DNA of 59,077 nt, taken from an uncultured virus (IMG/VR IMGVR_UViG_3300042308_001600). Lineage: Duplodnaviria; Heunggongvirae; Uroviricota; Caudoviricetes. The first letter of the stretch is position 1, and each line of letters begins with the position of its first letter. The DNA lies in the IMG/VR virus record IMGVR_UViG_3300042308_001600, positions 62,001-121,077 of that record. The stretch is one strand, 5' to 3'. Position numbers and translations under genes: made by a program. The notes under the pieces were generated by a model. The model saw nothing but the letters and a program-made list of their open reading frames with translations. It had not been told where the DNA came from and did no database searches. Below, in pieces: positions 28,571 through 37,082 of this stretch.

Positions 28571-30147
28571 CCAAGTACCTCCATGAAGGGTGTGGCAACC
28601 ACGGTGCAGGCCTGGGCGCTGTTGGCGTACTTGATCTTCAAGTTGTCCCCCGCCTCGAAGACCATCTGGAAGTCTTCCGGGTGACGCGCCATCATGTGCG
28701 CAATTGTCGCCGTTTTGAAGAGGCTGGAAGCTGCCAGCATTGCGTCATTGCCTGCGTCCGGATTATCGGGGCGTGTCAGAAAGATGCTGATCGCCTGCTC
28801 GAGTTCCTCAACTGTGCCCTCAAGAGGTAACGCCGCCTGGCTCTGCTGGTTGATATACCTGGCCAGCGCGATCAAGTCTTGCCGGGTCAAGCTGGCCCTT
28901 TTCGCGGCCCAGTCACCCCAGGCTTGTGCCTTGTGCGCGTCCATGTCCTTGCGGGCAGCCTCCTGTCGCTCCTGTGGTAGGAGGGTCGGCGCATCAATCC
29001 CCCAGTTCCGCAAAGCGTGTCCCCGGCGTGCCGTTGGGTTCTGTACATACTGTGCACCGGCTCGGCGCTTGAAACGCAACCAGCGCTGGATCTGCCTGGC
29101 GTCGTCCTCGGAGCGCCGCCCGCCCGCGTAATTGTCATACCATTCCAACCAGCCCATAGGATCTACGTCCTTGTTAATCCACGCATCCGGCCACTGCTTC
29201 ATGGACGCCAGCTGCGGTCCCGACTTGCCGTAAATGGCGTTCTTGACGTCCGTCAGATCCTCGGGTGTGAAGTCTGGCTTGAAAGCCTTTTCGAGATCCT
29301 CGTAGTCCTTGTCAGTTGTCGCCAACTCACGACCCAAGGCCGCGCGCTTGACGGTGTCTGCCATGGTTGGCAGGTGTTGGTCCCGCACGCTTGCCAGTAT
29401 CTGGGAGCGGTCAAATGCCGCACGTAGCTGTTTGACTTGATCCACTCTGGGGGCATCAGGGAGCTGTTCGCGGGTGGGCACCAGCTTGACGTAAGCCTGT
29501 TGGAACGCCTTGGGGTTGTACTTTTTGGCGTTGCGTTCCCATGTACCATCCCCCCACATACCCTTGATGTGATCGTCCTGGACGCCCATGTCCTTCAGGA
29601 CCGAATATAAATGCACCTCTGACTGTTTCCCAACCTTGAGCTTAAACTGCGCCGTTTCGGGCTCCAGCATGACCCGGTAGCCGGACCCGGATCCGGGCCG
29701 CACGTTGAAATGAACCTCGGTGTTGCCGTTGTTCATGACACGCCCATAGGGACCTGGGACCAACCGCAGCTGACGCACGGCTGTGTAGTTTGAACCGCCG
29801 TGCAGAAACGTACCGCGAGGCGACAACCAGGGAACATTCATGAGCGTCACACGCTGTTCGTCCAGCACGTCGTTGGTCTTGTCGTCGAACAGCTGCAGGG
29901 TCCCGCGCAGCCGGCGCCCCAAAAACTTGTTGTTCAGCAGTGCCTGCTTTTGCTCCTCCGGAGAAAAGTCCTCCGGGCCCTCGTAGGTCGAGTCCTTGAG
30001 CTCCATGCGCACGCCGCCAAAACTGCGCGGAAACGAAGTTTTCACCGCGTCGTGTACCTTGTCGAAAATATGAGTACGCTGTGTCCCGAAATCATCCGGG
30101 TCAAACAGCTCCACACCTTTTGGTTTGAATTCACGCATGCTTACCAA
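28558..30147 (-). CDS. rpoB: phage RNA polymerase beta, N-terminal fragment with extra C-terminal domains
   Basis: EQRVTLMNVPWLSPRGTFLHGGSNYTAVRQLRLVPG resembles E. coli [36 protein letters not shown]; extension contains DPMGWLEWY..GRRSEDDARQIQRW. Confidence 0.85.
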   Translation of the reverse strand: MVSMREFKPKGVELFDPDDFGTQRTHIFDKVHDAVKTSFPRSFGGVRMELKDSTYEGPEDFSPEEQKQALLNNKFLGRRLRGTLQLFDDKTNDVLDEQRVTLMNVPWLSPRGTFLHGGSNYTAVRQLRLVPGPYGRVMNNGNTEVHFNVRPGSGSGYRVMLEPETAQFKLKVGKQSEVHLYSVLKDMGVQDDHIKGMWGDGTWERNAKKYNPKAFQQAYVKLVPTREQLPDAPRVDQVKQLRAAFDRSQILASVRDQHLPTMADTVKRAALGRELATTDKDYEDLEKAFKPDFTPEDLTDVKNAIYGKSGPQLASMKQWPDAWINKDVDPMGWLEWYDNYAGGRRSEDDARQIQRWLRFKRRAGAQYVQNPTARRGHALRNWGIDAPTLLPQERQEAARKDMDAHKAQAWGDWAAKRASLTRQDLIALARYINQQSQAALPLEGTVEELEQAISIFLTRPDNPDAGNDAMLAASSLFKTATIAHMMARHPEDFQMVFEAGDNLKIKYANSAQACTVVATPFMEVLGCLI

Positions 30148-30210
30148 TAGCTAATAGAATGGGGGATGTCCAGCGGCAGGGTGCACCCCTACCGCTGGAG
30201 ACCTCAGAGG

Positions 30211-30990
30211 TCAGCGTGGGATTACGCCCATATCCTCATACACACCCGTGTAGAAGGCACCCGCCTGCATACCGATCGTCGCGGCATTGACAACTGCACC
30301 GGCACCTGGACGCCAGTCACCTTCCCACTCCCATTCCTTGTCCGTAAGGTTCAGACCTGGCAGTTTTCCTCTGCCGGTACTGCTCGGGGTAAATGGGATT
30401 CTTGTCCCCATCTTGGGCGGCCAATGATCGTCCAAGGGAAGTTGGCTGAGAGGCACGGTGCGCACTCCCCAGCTGTCATTCCTGGCCCTGCCGGGTACGT
30501 GGATGTTAGGACAAAGCTCCCACGGAGATGGTGGGAGCTTCATTTTCAACGTCACCACAGAAAGCTCCGGACTATGACGCTGTCGGAGCTCTGAGATGGA
30601 TTTGTGCTCCCACCCGGACACCCCGCCCGGTACCATGAATGCCATTTCAGAGTTGGCGGTACTTGTCACCCCTAGCATCCACATCTCCAGGTACTCCTGA
30701 CAGGGCTCCCATTGCTGCTGGAACTGAAACAGGCAACAGCTCAGAAGTTCCTTCAGGCACTTGCGGCGCCATAGAGGTACCACTCCTGCCCCAGGTATGA
30801 TGTAGATGAACTGATAGCAGGGCCGATGATGGCCCCGGTATACATCGTCCCCATCCCCACCTCCGCCTGTGATCCTGTTCAGATCTAGCCCACCATTGTG
30901 TGGTGGCTGGTCGGCAGGTACATCGCTGGGCGGGTCGCCCAACAATGTATCGACGTCAAACTCTCCTAGTAGGGACGCCAGCTTTGTCAT
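30211..30990 (-). CDS. hypothetical protein
   Basis: ATG at 30990 coupled to the upstream stop. Confidence 0.6.
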   Translation of the reverse strand: MTKLASLLGEFDVDTLLGDPPSDVPADQPPHNGGLDLNRITGGGGDGDDVYRGHHRPCYQFIYIIPGAGVVPLWRRKCLKELLSCCLFQFQQQWEPCQEYLEMWMLGVTSTANSEMAFMVPGGVSGWEHKSISELRQRHSPELSVVTLKMKLPPSPWELCPNIHVPGRARNDSWGVRTVPLSQLPLDDHWPPKMGTRIPFTPSSTGRGKLPGLNLTDKEWEWEGDWRPGAGAVVNAATIGMQAGAFYTGVYEDMGVIPR

Positions 30991-31364
30991 GCTGACCTCC
31001 TTTCCGGGCCCTGAAAGACCCGCAGCACCGTTAGGAGTACCCACACACTACCCAAAGTGGGCAGTATGCTGAGGAGAGTCGGTAGCAACTCTCCCACCGC
31101 TACAAGGGCTGCGACACCGCTGCACAAAGGCAGGACGGCATTCCAGGGCACCATGCACGCCACCACGAAGGTGACGAGCAGGATACGCAGCCCGTCGGCG
31201 AACACCCAAACCAAGGCGGAACACCCGCCAAGGATAAGTGCGCCTACAACAACCACCCCGCACAATAGTGCGAGGGGTTTCCCGATCCAACCAAGTTGGA
31301 TCAGGGCGACCTGGCTGCCCTTGCGGACCCAGGTCTCAACCGTGTTGATGAATCTCTTCACCAA
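30987..31364 (-). CDS. multi-pass membrane protein
   Basis: Very hydrophobic 125 aa; begins at the end of promoter motif copy 2. Confidence 0.6.
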   Translation of the reverse strand: MVKRFINTVETWVRKGSQVALIQLGWIGKPLALLCGVVVVGALILGGCSALVWVFADGLRILLVTFVVACMVPWNAVLPLCSGVAALVAVGELLPTLLSILPTLGSVWVLLTVLRVFQGPERRSA

Positions 31365-31395
31365 ATATCTATAACGTGGAAGGTCGCTGTATTGC
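31362..31395 (-). promoter_or_regulatory. phage promoter-like motif, copy 2
   Basis: GCAATA-N13-CGTTATAGATATTTG. Confidence 0.6.
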
Positions 31396-31399
31396 GAAC

Positions 31400-31963
31400 T
31401 CAGCTCTCGTCCGCCGTCACCTCGGGCGTCAGACGCACCAAGTTGCCTTCAATGGCCGAGATCGTGGCAGCCCCGAAGGCATCACCCACCTTGAAAGCTT
31501 CCACATCAGACATGCTGGATACGATCCGACGCACGGCTTCGAAACCAAAGCGCTGCGGATAATTCTCCACCCGCAGCGTTCCTAGTGCGTCAGATTCCAC
31601 CCGCACATCGACGGTTGTACCGTCCTTGGAACGCTCCAAACGGCTGGGCTCGATGTCGCTGATGGTGTCCGTGCGCACGACACGGCCAGCGTCATCCAGA
31701 CACACGAGGAAACGTGTGTGTTCCGGCAGCAAATGGAACGGCGCGCGTGTCGGTTTACCGGCGTCGTTACGTCCAACAGCCTGAGCGATGGCGGCCCGCG
31801 TGCATGGGAATTTGAGATTCACACCTGTTGGGTCCGTACCGATAATGCGGCACTGCTCCTCGATGACTTTGTCTGTGCCTTCCTTCATGGGAATGAGGGC
31901 TTTGTCCATGGCGTAGATGAGCACACGCCGGGAGATCTTTGGATTGTTTCTTGTCAGACTCAT
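31400..31963 (-). CDS. hypothetical protein
   Basis: ATG at 31963, ATGA coupling. Confidence 0.65.
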   Translation of the reverse strand: MSLTRNNPKISRRVLIYAMDKALIPMKEGTDKVIEEQCRIIGTDPTGVNLKFPCTRAAIAQAVGRNDAGKPTRAPFHLLPEHTRFLVCLDDAGRVVRTDTISDIEPSRLERSKDGTTVDVRVESDALGTLRVENYPQRFGFEAVRRIVSSMSDVEAFKVGDAFGAATISAIEGNLVRLTPEVTADES

Positions 31964-32382
31964 GATGATTTGGGTATGGGTAGATTGTTCCTCTGCCGCC
32001 AAAGAATGCGTTCGACGATTTCGACGGACTCCAATCCGGGACAGCAAGAGGCACAGTTGACGACATGGTATATGCCGTTCCTTTTGAATGTCCAGCCGTC
32101 TTTCTCCTTACCGCCCGGCTCCATGCGTGCCACTACTTCTTTGCAGCGTGTACACACCACGGCAGCCCAGTCTTTGGCCTGGGCCACGCAACCCCGGCAG
32201 ATGTTGTCATGAAAGCGTACTACGCCGCTGTGGCGCGGTGGCATATCCACCTTGCGCTTTCGCTTACCACACATGCAAAGCATGAAATTGACGTCGTCCA
32301 GAAGAGTGACGATGCGCGGGGGTACCGGGGGAGGTAGCTTCTTGGTAATATCGATGTACTCTTGCAGCAGGCGGTTGTCCAT
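31960..32382 (-). CDS. zinc-finger protein
   Basis: CMCG, CRGC, CTRC and CASCC motifs. Confidence 0.7.
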   Translation of the reverse strand: MDNRLLQEYIDITKKLPPPVPPRIVTLLDDVNFMLCMCGKRKRKVDMPPRHSGVVRFHDNICRGCVAQAKDWAAVVCTRCKEVVARMEPGGKEKDGWTFKRNGIYHVVNCASCCPGLESVEIVERILWRQRNNLPIPKSS

Positions 32383-32387
32383 GGGGT

Positions 32388-34064
32388 TTAGATGCTGATG
32401 ATGCCTAGTTGGTCTTCCACAAACTTGTGCTTGTCCCTGTCTGGAATCTTCGTCGCGTACTCGACAGTTTGGCTAAGTCGCCAGAAGGCCTTTTCACGCA
32501 GTTCGTCCACCAGCTCTGCGTCAACTTGACTGAGGTCACCAATCAGCTTGATCGGACGCTGCGAGTCCGGTGGTATGTAGTCGATGATTTGCTGCTTGGC
32601 CAGATCCCCAAGCCGGCGCTTCACTGTGCTTTCCTGTACATTCAGCTCCTCCACGAGCGTGCACATTGGCACATCGATGTAACCATTGGCCGCAGGCACG
32701 CCACACTGTTGCAACAACTCCAACAGCGACGTTACAACCGGACTGTCCACTTTGTTACGCAAGCGCACGCTGCATATCTTTTCTGTCGCGGCTGCACGGT
32801 CTGTGACGCGTGCACCGGAAAGAATGTTCATGATGGCCGCCAGCCGGGGTGCGTGTAGCCCCGCGGCCTTGCTGAGGTCCTCATAGGACAGAGAGATCAA
32901 ACCATCATGATTTGCCGCATGCTTGACCAGCGCCTTGTGCACCTGTCGCACTTCGCCGAAGGATGGACTGCTGAGGTTGATCAGGTATTCCTGCGTGCGC
33001 ACCGAGTCCGGACTGAAGTAGGTCAGGCAGGTGGAGCGTAAACCATCACGCCCGGCACGCCCATCCTCCTGCATCTGCGCCTCAATGGAACCTGGAATAT
33101 CTCTATGAACAACCAGCCGGATGTTGCTCTTGTCGATACCCATCCCGAATGCGTTGGTCGCACACAACCAAGGTATCTCTCCTGTCATGAACTGCGACTG
33201 GATGTAGTTGCGCGCCGCGGGTGCCAGCCCACCATGGTAGAACCCCACCTGCTCCCCCGTGATTTTCTGCAGCTCCAAAGCCAGCTCCTCGGTCCGGCGT
33301 TTGGTTGCGCAGTACACAATCGCAGCACCCTCGGTCTGCTGCGTCAACAGCGAGGCCAAAGGCGCAGCACCTTGCCAGTCTTCCGACTTGAGTTCCAGGT
33401 TTCTGCGCCGCGGGTAATGCATGGACAGATGCGCGTCCTCAATACACATCACGTGACGGATGTCGTGCTCAACCTGGGCAGGACACGTGGCCGTGAAAGC
33501 CGCCACGATCTTGGGCTGCAAAGCTGTGATGAAATCACCGATGATCTTATAGGCCGGACGGAACGTGACCGACCAGGTGGAGATACAGTGGGCCTCATCG
33601 AGGACGATCATATCCGGAGGCACCTTCCGCATGGCGGCCATGAAATCATCACGACGAAGACGCTCCGGCGCCACGAACAGCAGATCCAGGTCTCCTCGCA
33701 ACCACGCGCGGACTGTCTCGGCATGCAGCGCCGGGTTGTGGCTCGAAATGCTGCCTACCCTGGCGCCCTTGGCTACCGCGGACTGCACCTGGTCCGCCAT
33801 CAAGCTGATCAAGGGCAGGAACACCAACGTCTTGAGACCCAAACACAATGTCGGGATAATAAAACAGGCGCTCTTGCCGGTGCCGGTCGGGAGGATGCCA
33901 ATCGTGTCCCGCCCTGCCATCAGGCTGGCCGCAACGGCATCCTGCCCTTCGCGCATACGTTGAAAACCCATGCGCTTCAGTACTGCCGGGAGCTTGAGCA
34001 TTCCGCGTGCGTACTGCTCCATATCAATTACTGGCTTACGTACTATGTAACGAGGTTGGGACAT
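32388..34064 (-). CDS. recQ: RecQ-family DNA helicase
   Basis: LPTGTGKS, VAPERL, DEAHCISTW..FRPAY, TAT, ATNAFGMGIDK and QEDGRAGRDG motifs. Confidence 0.95.
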   Translation of the reverse strand: MSQPRYIVRKPVIDMEQYARGMLKLPAVLKRMGFQRMREGQDAVAASLMAGRDTIGILPTGTGKSACFIIPTLCLGLKTLVFLPLISLMADQVQSAVAKGARVGSISSHNPALHAETVRAWLRGDLDLLFVAPERLRRDDFMAAMRKVPPDMIVLDEAHCISTWSVTFRPAYKIIGDFITALQPKIVAAFTATCPAQVEHDIRHVMCIEDAHLSMHYPRRRNLELKSEDWQGAAPLASLLTQQTEGAAIVYCATKRRTEELALELQKITGEQVGFYHGGLAPAARNYIQSQFMTGEIPWLCATNAFGMGIDKSNIRLVVHRDIPGSIEAQMQEDGRAGRDGLRSTCLTYFSPDSVRTQEYLINLSSPSFGEVRQVHKALVKHAANHDGLISLSYEDLSKAAGLHAPRLAAIMNILSGARVTDRAAATEKICSVRLRNKVDSPVVTSLLELLQQCGVPAANGYIDVPMCTLVEELNVQESTVKRRLGDLAKQQIIDYIPPDSQRPIKLIGDLSQVDAELVDELREKAFWRLSQTVEYATKIPDRDKHKFVEDQLGIISI

Positions 34065-34648
34065 TTCGAGTGCGTGTGTAAGAATTTAGCAAGATTGAAC
34101 CAGATCATAGCGGCAACCCACGGTTCGACCAGCGGCCATTTTGACCTGTCAGCGCCTTCCGGCAGTAAAGACGGGAAAAGCTGCAACACCTTCACAGCAG
34201 TCCAGGACTGCCTGTCCTGCAAAGCCATGTAGGCGGGGCTGTTGAGTTCCTGAACAGGATCCAGGAAACTCAATGTCGGTTGCCAGTACGCGGGTGGTTG
34301 TAACCCCTTCTGTTCCCGGAAGAGCTGATCCTGCCACAGCGCCCACTGCGCGTACCGCGCTAGCACACTCCGAGCATGTGGACTGTACCATTGCTGTGAG
34401 GTTGACGCAGTTTCTATTATCCCGATCAGCTGTGACAACCCTGCACTGGATGGTACCAGCCTGCCCGAATCGACTACAGCAAAGGGTGCGTGGATGCCTG
34501 CTTCTGTAACGATCTGACACACGACGTCCACGTCAGGAGTACCTGGCAACACGGGTGTGTTGATACAACCCTGGGTCAAATCAACCAACCCACCTGGAAG
34601 GGGTGAGTAAAAATATACAAGGGCGGGCTGGCTGAATGACGGTGTCAT
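34043..34648 (-). CDS. hypothetical protein
   Basis: ATG at 34648, ATGA coupling. Confidence 0.6.
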   Translation of the reverse strand: MTPSFSQPALVYFYSPLPGGLVDLTQGCINTPVLPGTPDVDVVCQIVTEAGIHAPFAVVDSGRLVPSSAGLSQLIGIIETASTSQQWYSPHARSVLARYAQWALWQDQLFREQKGLQPPAYWQPTLSFLDPVQELNSPAYMALQDRQSWTAVKVLQLFPSLLPEGADRSKWPLVEPWVAAMIWFNLAKFLHTHSKCPNLVT

Positions 34649-35088
34649 GCCGTGCGCAGTTCCTTCCTGAATGACTTCTGGAACGAACGTCCCAGTTGAA
34701 CCATGCACAGTTCTGGGATGTTTGGGTCCGCAAAAGGCAAGCGCCCAGCTGCGGTCAGGCACACAAACTCACGCAGTCTTTCGCGCGGAACCAACAAGAA
34801 GTCGATGGCACTGAAGTTGGCACCGCCCGAGGCTTGTTGGGTGTTAACACACATGTGCAAAATATCGAACATGCGCAGCTGCCTGCGCATGCCTTCCAAG
34901 TTTGGGCTCTGGAAGTAGAAAGCCACATCCAAGATGGTCGACCCGGAACCGAACTCCGCGGCCGGTACGCACAACTCCGCCGCACTGTAGTTTCGCTCCA
35001 CAATATCATCAGCCGCCGGCCGCCAGTTATCCTCGACGGCTAAAAGTATCTCGTACCATTTCTTGATGTTTCGTCTGCTGCGCATCAT
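34645..35088 (-). CDS. hypothetical protein
   Basis: 147 aa tiling ORF. Confidence 0.6.
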   Translation of the reverse strand: MMRSRRNIKKWYEILLAVEDNWRPAADDIVERNYSAAELCVPAAEFGSGSTILDVAFYFQSPNLEGMRRQLRMFDILHMCVNTQQASGGANFSAIDFLLVPRERLREFVCLTAAGRLPFADPNIPELCMVQLGRSFQKSFRKELRTA

Positions 35089-35525
35089 GCAAAATGCCTC
35101 TTCAATTTTTCACAAGCTATCTGCCAGCCGGGATGTACCAATTGTGGGGGCGTGTCCAGGTCGAAGCTCAAAGGATCCACGTGGGGCGTGTCGCCGTAGA
35201 TCAGGTGCAGGTTCTCCGCGCTCCGCACCACCGTCGAATCGGAGACCAATAACACACCTGCGCGGGCCTGACTGAGCAGGTCATGAACAATGGAGTCAGC
35301 GTTGTCCTGCCAGATGTCACGGCACACCGGAAACGCCACACAGGTTATGAACACACGATCCCATCCGACCGGGAGCGGGTATGCTTCATCAAGCTGCAAA
35401 AAATGCGCCTCTGTCAATTCATCCAGTGCTCTCGGCGCTCTTCCCGAGAGCTTCAAGGCACGCCACAACCACCCGAGCGTTTGTTGCTCGGAGACTTTGA
35501 TCGCTTCGTTGTTAGACTTTGGCAT
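35085..35525 (-). CDS. hypothetical protein
   Basis: 146 aa tiling ORF. Confidence 0.6.
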   Translation of the reverse strand: MPKSNNEAIKVSEQQTLGWLWRALKLSGRAPRALDELTEAHFLQLDEAYPLPVGWDRVFITCVAFPVCRDIWQDNADSIVHDLLSQARAGVLLVSDSTVVRSAENLHLIYGDTPHVDPLSFDLDTPPQLVHPGWQIACEKLKRHFA

Positions 35526-36999
35526 CGCTGGTTTTCTTCACTTTGGCATCGCTGGTTTTCTTCACTTTGGCATCGCTGGTTTCCTTCACGGAGGTCACAA
35601 TGTCTTCCACCAGGTTCACGTACCCGTTGATACCCAGCTGAATGCCCAGGTTGTTGATCAGCGCCTTGTCGCGATGCAGGTGCAGATCCACTTGCAGCGG
35701 GGTCAAGCCTTTCAAACCCAGATCGCCGACGGACACCAGGCCTTCCTCGTTGATGCGCACACCGAGCAGTTTTTGCTCCTGCAGCATGTCGCAGAAACCT
35801 TCGCTGTAGTGAATCGGAGGATCCAGATATGTCTTTCCCTGATCGAGGTCGAACTTCTTGTGCTCCATGCGCAGTTCCCAAGAACACAACCGTTCACCTA
35901 TTCCGTGTGACTGTTTGCGCAAACGACAGCGCACCCTTTTGGACACGATCAATTTTTTCTCGAATGGATCCTTGATAAGCTCTAAGGATGTCATGATGAA
36001 GGTCAAGGCTGCCAGACTCTCGAAAGCGCTCATGCCCAGGAACTTGTAGCGCATCAGGTGGGACTTCCACTCGGACATACCCTGCACAGCCCGTGCCGCG
36101 GAACCGTCGAAATCGACATCAGCATTACGGCTGTGGGCAACGAACACCAGCACGTTGTACTCATCCACAAAACATTGCAACCAACGGCAAAAGTGTTGGG
36201 CGTACTTGGAGTGTCCTAAGTTCACCTTCTGAGTGCCCACTTCAGTACGCTGCTCCTTGCCGACTTTGTCCCACGACACATTACCCTCAGACTCCACGGC
36301 GTTCAGGAGGCGGCTGAATGGATCCACGATAATCAACAAAGGGATCGACATAGGCAGACCTGCCGCGGCGTTTTTACCCTTACCGCAACCTTCACGTTGA
36401 ACCTTGGCCCAATTGACCATCTGAGGCATTAGCTGCAACACAGACTGGGTGTACTCGATAGACACATTACTGAGCAGCTGGAGTGCTATGACCGGGTCAG
36501 AGTGCATGCAACGAAGCATGCGATCGCGGCTCATAGTCTTGTCCTTGCCTTCACAAGACATGTACAGCAGGGGCGCATTGCGTTCCTTCATGATGTGTGC
36601 GGCGTCGGTCAACATTTTGGTGGTCTTGCCGCAACTCGTGTCTCCCACGAAATTAACCAGACCGCTGCCCGGGTACCCATAATTGTCGGTCAGCCACTGC
36701 ATCAGAAAATGCACATGTGGTAGCTGTGTTTGCTTTACTGTGGACGCTTGCGCGTAGGTCGCTGGGCGTGGGTTGGAAGTACGCCGCGAGGCCATCTCCA
36801 ACAATTGCTCCTGCACGGACCTGGCCCGCCCTGCTTCCGCCTGTGCCACACTGTCGAATTCGCCTGCGTTGCTGCGTGATGCATTATGGATACGCGGGAC
36901 TGTCATGTCCTCCGCAACCTCCGGAACAGCTGTGTCCGGGGATGTGTTGTTGCACACTTTCGTCGCTTTTGCTGGCTTTGTTGTTTTGCGTTTGGCCAT
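35512..36999 (-). CDS. RecA/UvsX-like recombinase
   Basis: Walker A GDTSCGKTT, Walker B LIIVD, RecA-like layout, replication-module context. Confidence 0.7.
   Translation of the reverse strand: MAKRKTTKPAKATKVCNNTSPDTAVPEVAEDMTVPRIHNASRSNAGEFDSVAQAEAGRARSVQEQLLEMASRRTSNPRPATYAQASTVKQTQLPHVHFLMQWLTDNYGYPGSGLVNFVGDTSCGKTTKMLTDAAHIMKERNAPLLYMSCEGKDKTMSRDRMLRCMHSDPVIALQLLSNVSIEYTQSVLQLMPQMVNWAKVQREGCGKGKNAAAGLPMSIPLLIIVDPFSRLLNAVESEGNVSWDKVGKEQRTEVGTQKVNLGHSKYAQHFCRWLQCFVDEYNVLVFVAHSRNADVDFDGSAARAVQGMSEWKSHLMRYKFLGMSAFESLAALTFIMTSLELIKDPFEKKLIVSKRVRCRLRKQSHGIGERLCSWELRMEHKKFDLDQGKTYLDPPIHYSEGFCDMLQEQKLLGVRINEEGLVSVGDLGLKGLTPLQVDLHLHRDKALINNLGIQLGINGYVNLVEDIVTSVKETSDAKVKKTSDAKVKKTSDAKV
35517..35588. 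repeat. 24-bp tandem repeat x3
   Basis: CTTTGGCATCGCTGGTTT(T/C)CTTCA x3, encoding VK(K/E)TSDAK. Confidence 0.9.
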
Positions 37000-37034
37000 G
37001 TTTTTGCTCTCTGGCTGATTGTCTTCCTAGTACG

Positions 37035-37071
37035 AACAAAACGTGACGGGGGATCGGACCCCGTCACGTTT
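37035..37071 (-). terminator. intrinsic terminator
   Basis: 13-bp arms AAACGTGACGGGG/CCCCGTCACGTTT with a T-rich tail, after the stop at 37083. Confidence 0.75.
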
Positions 37072-37082
37072 GGATTACCTAC

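Noticed and set aside
1867..30147. Intein or intron splicing to rejoin the RpoB pieces
   Set aside because: No intein terminal motifs, homing endonuclease or intron-like spacer at the fragment ends; each piece has its own start and stop
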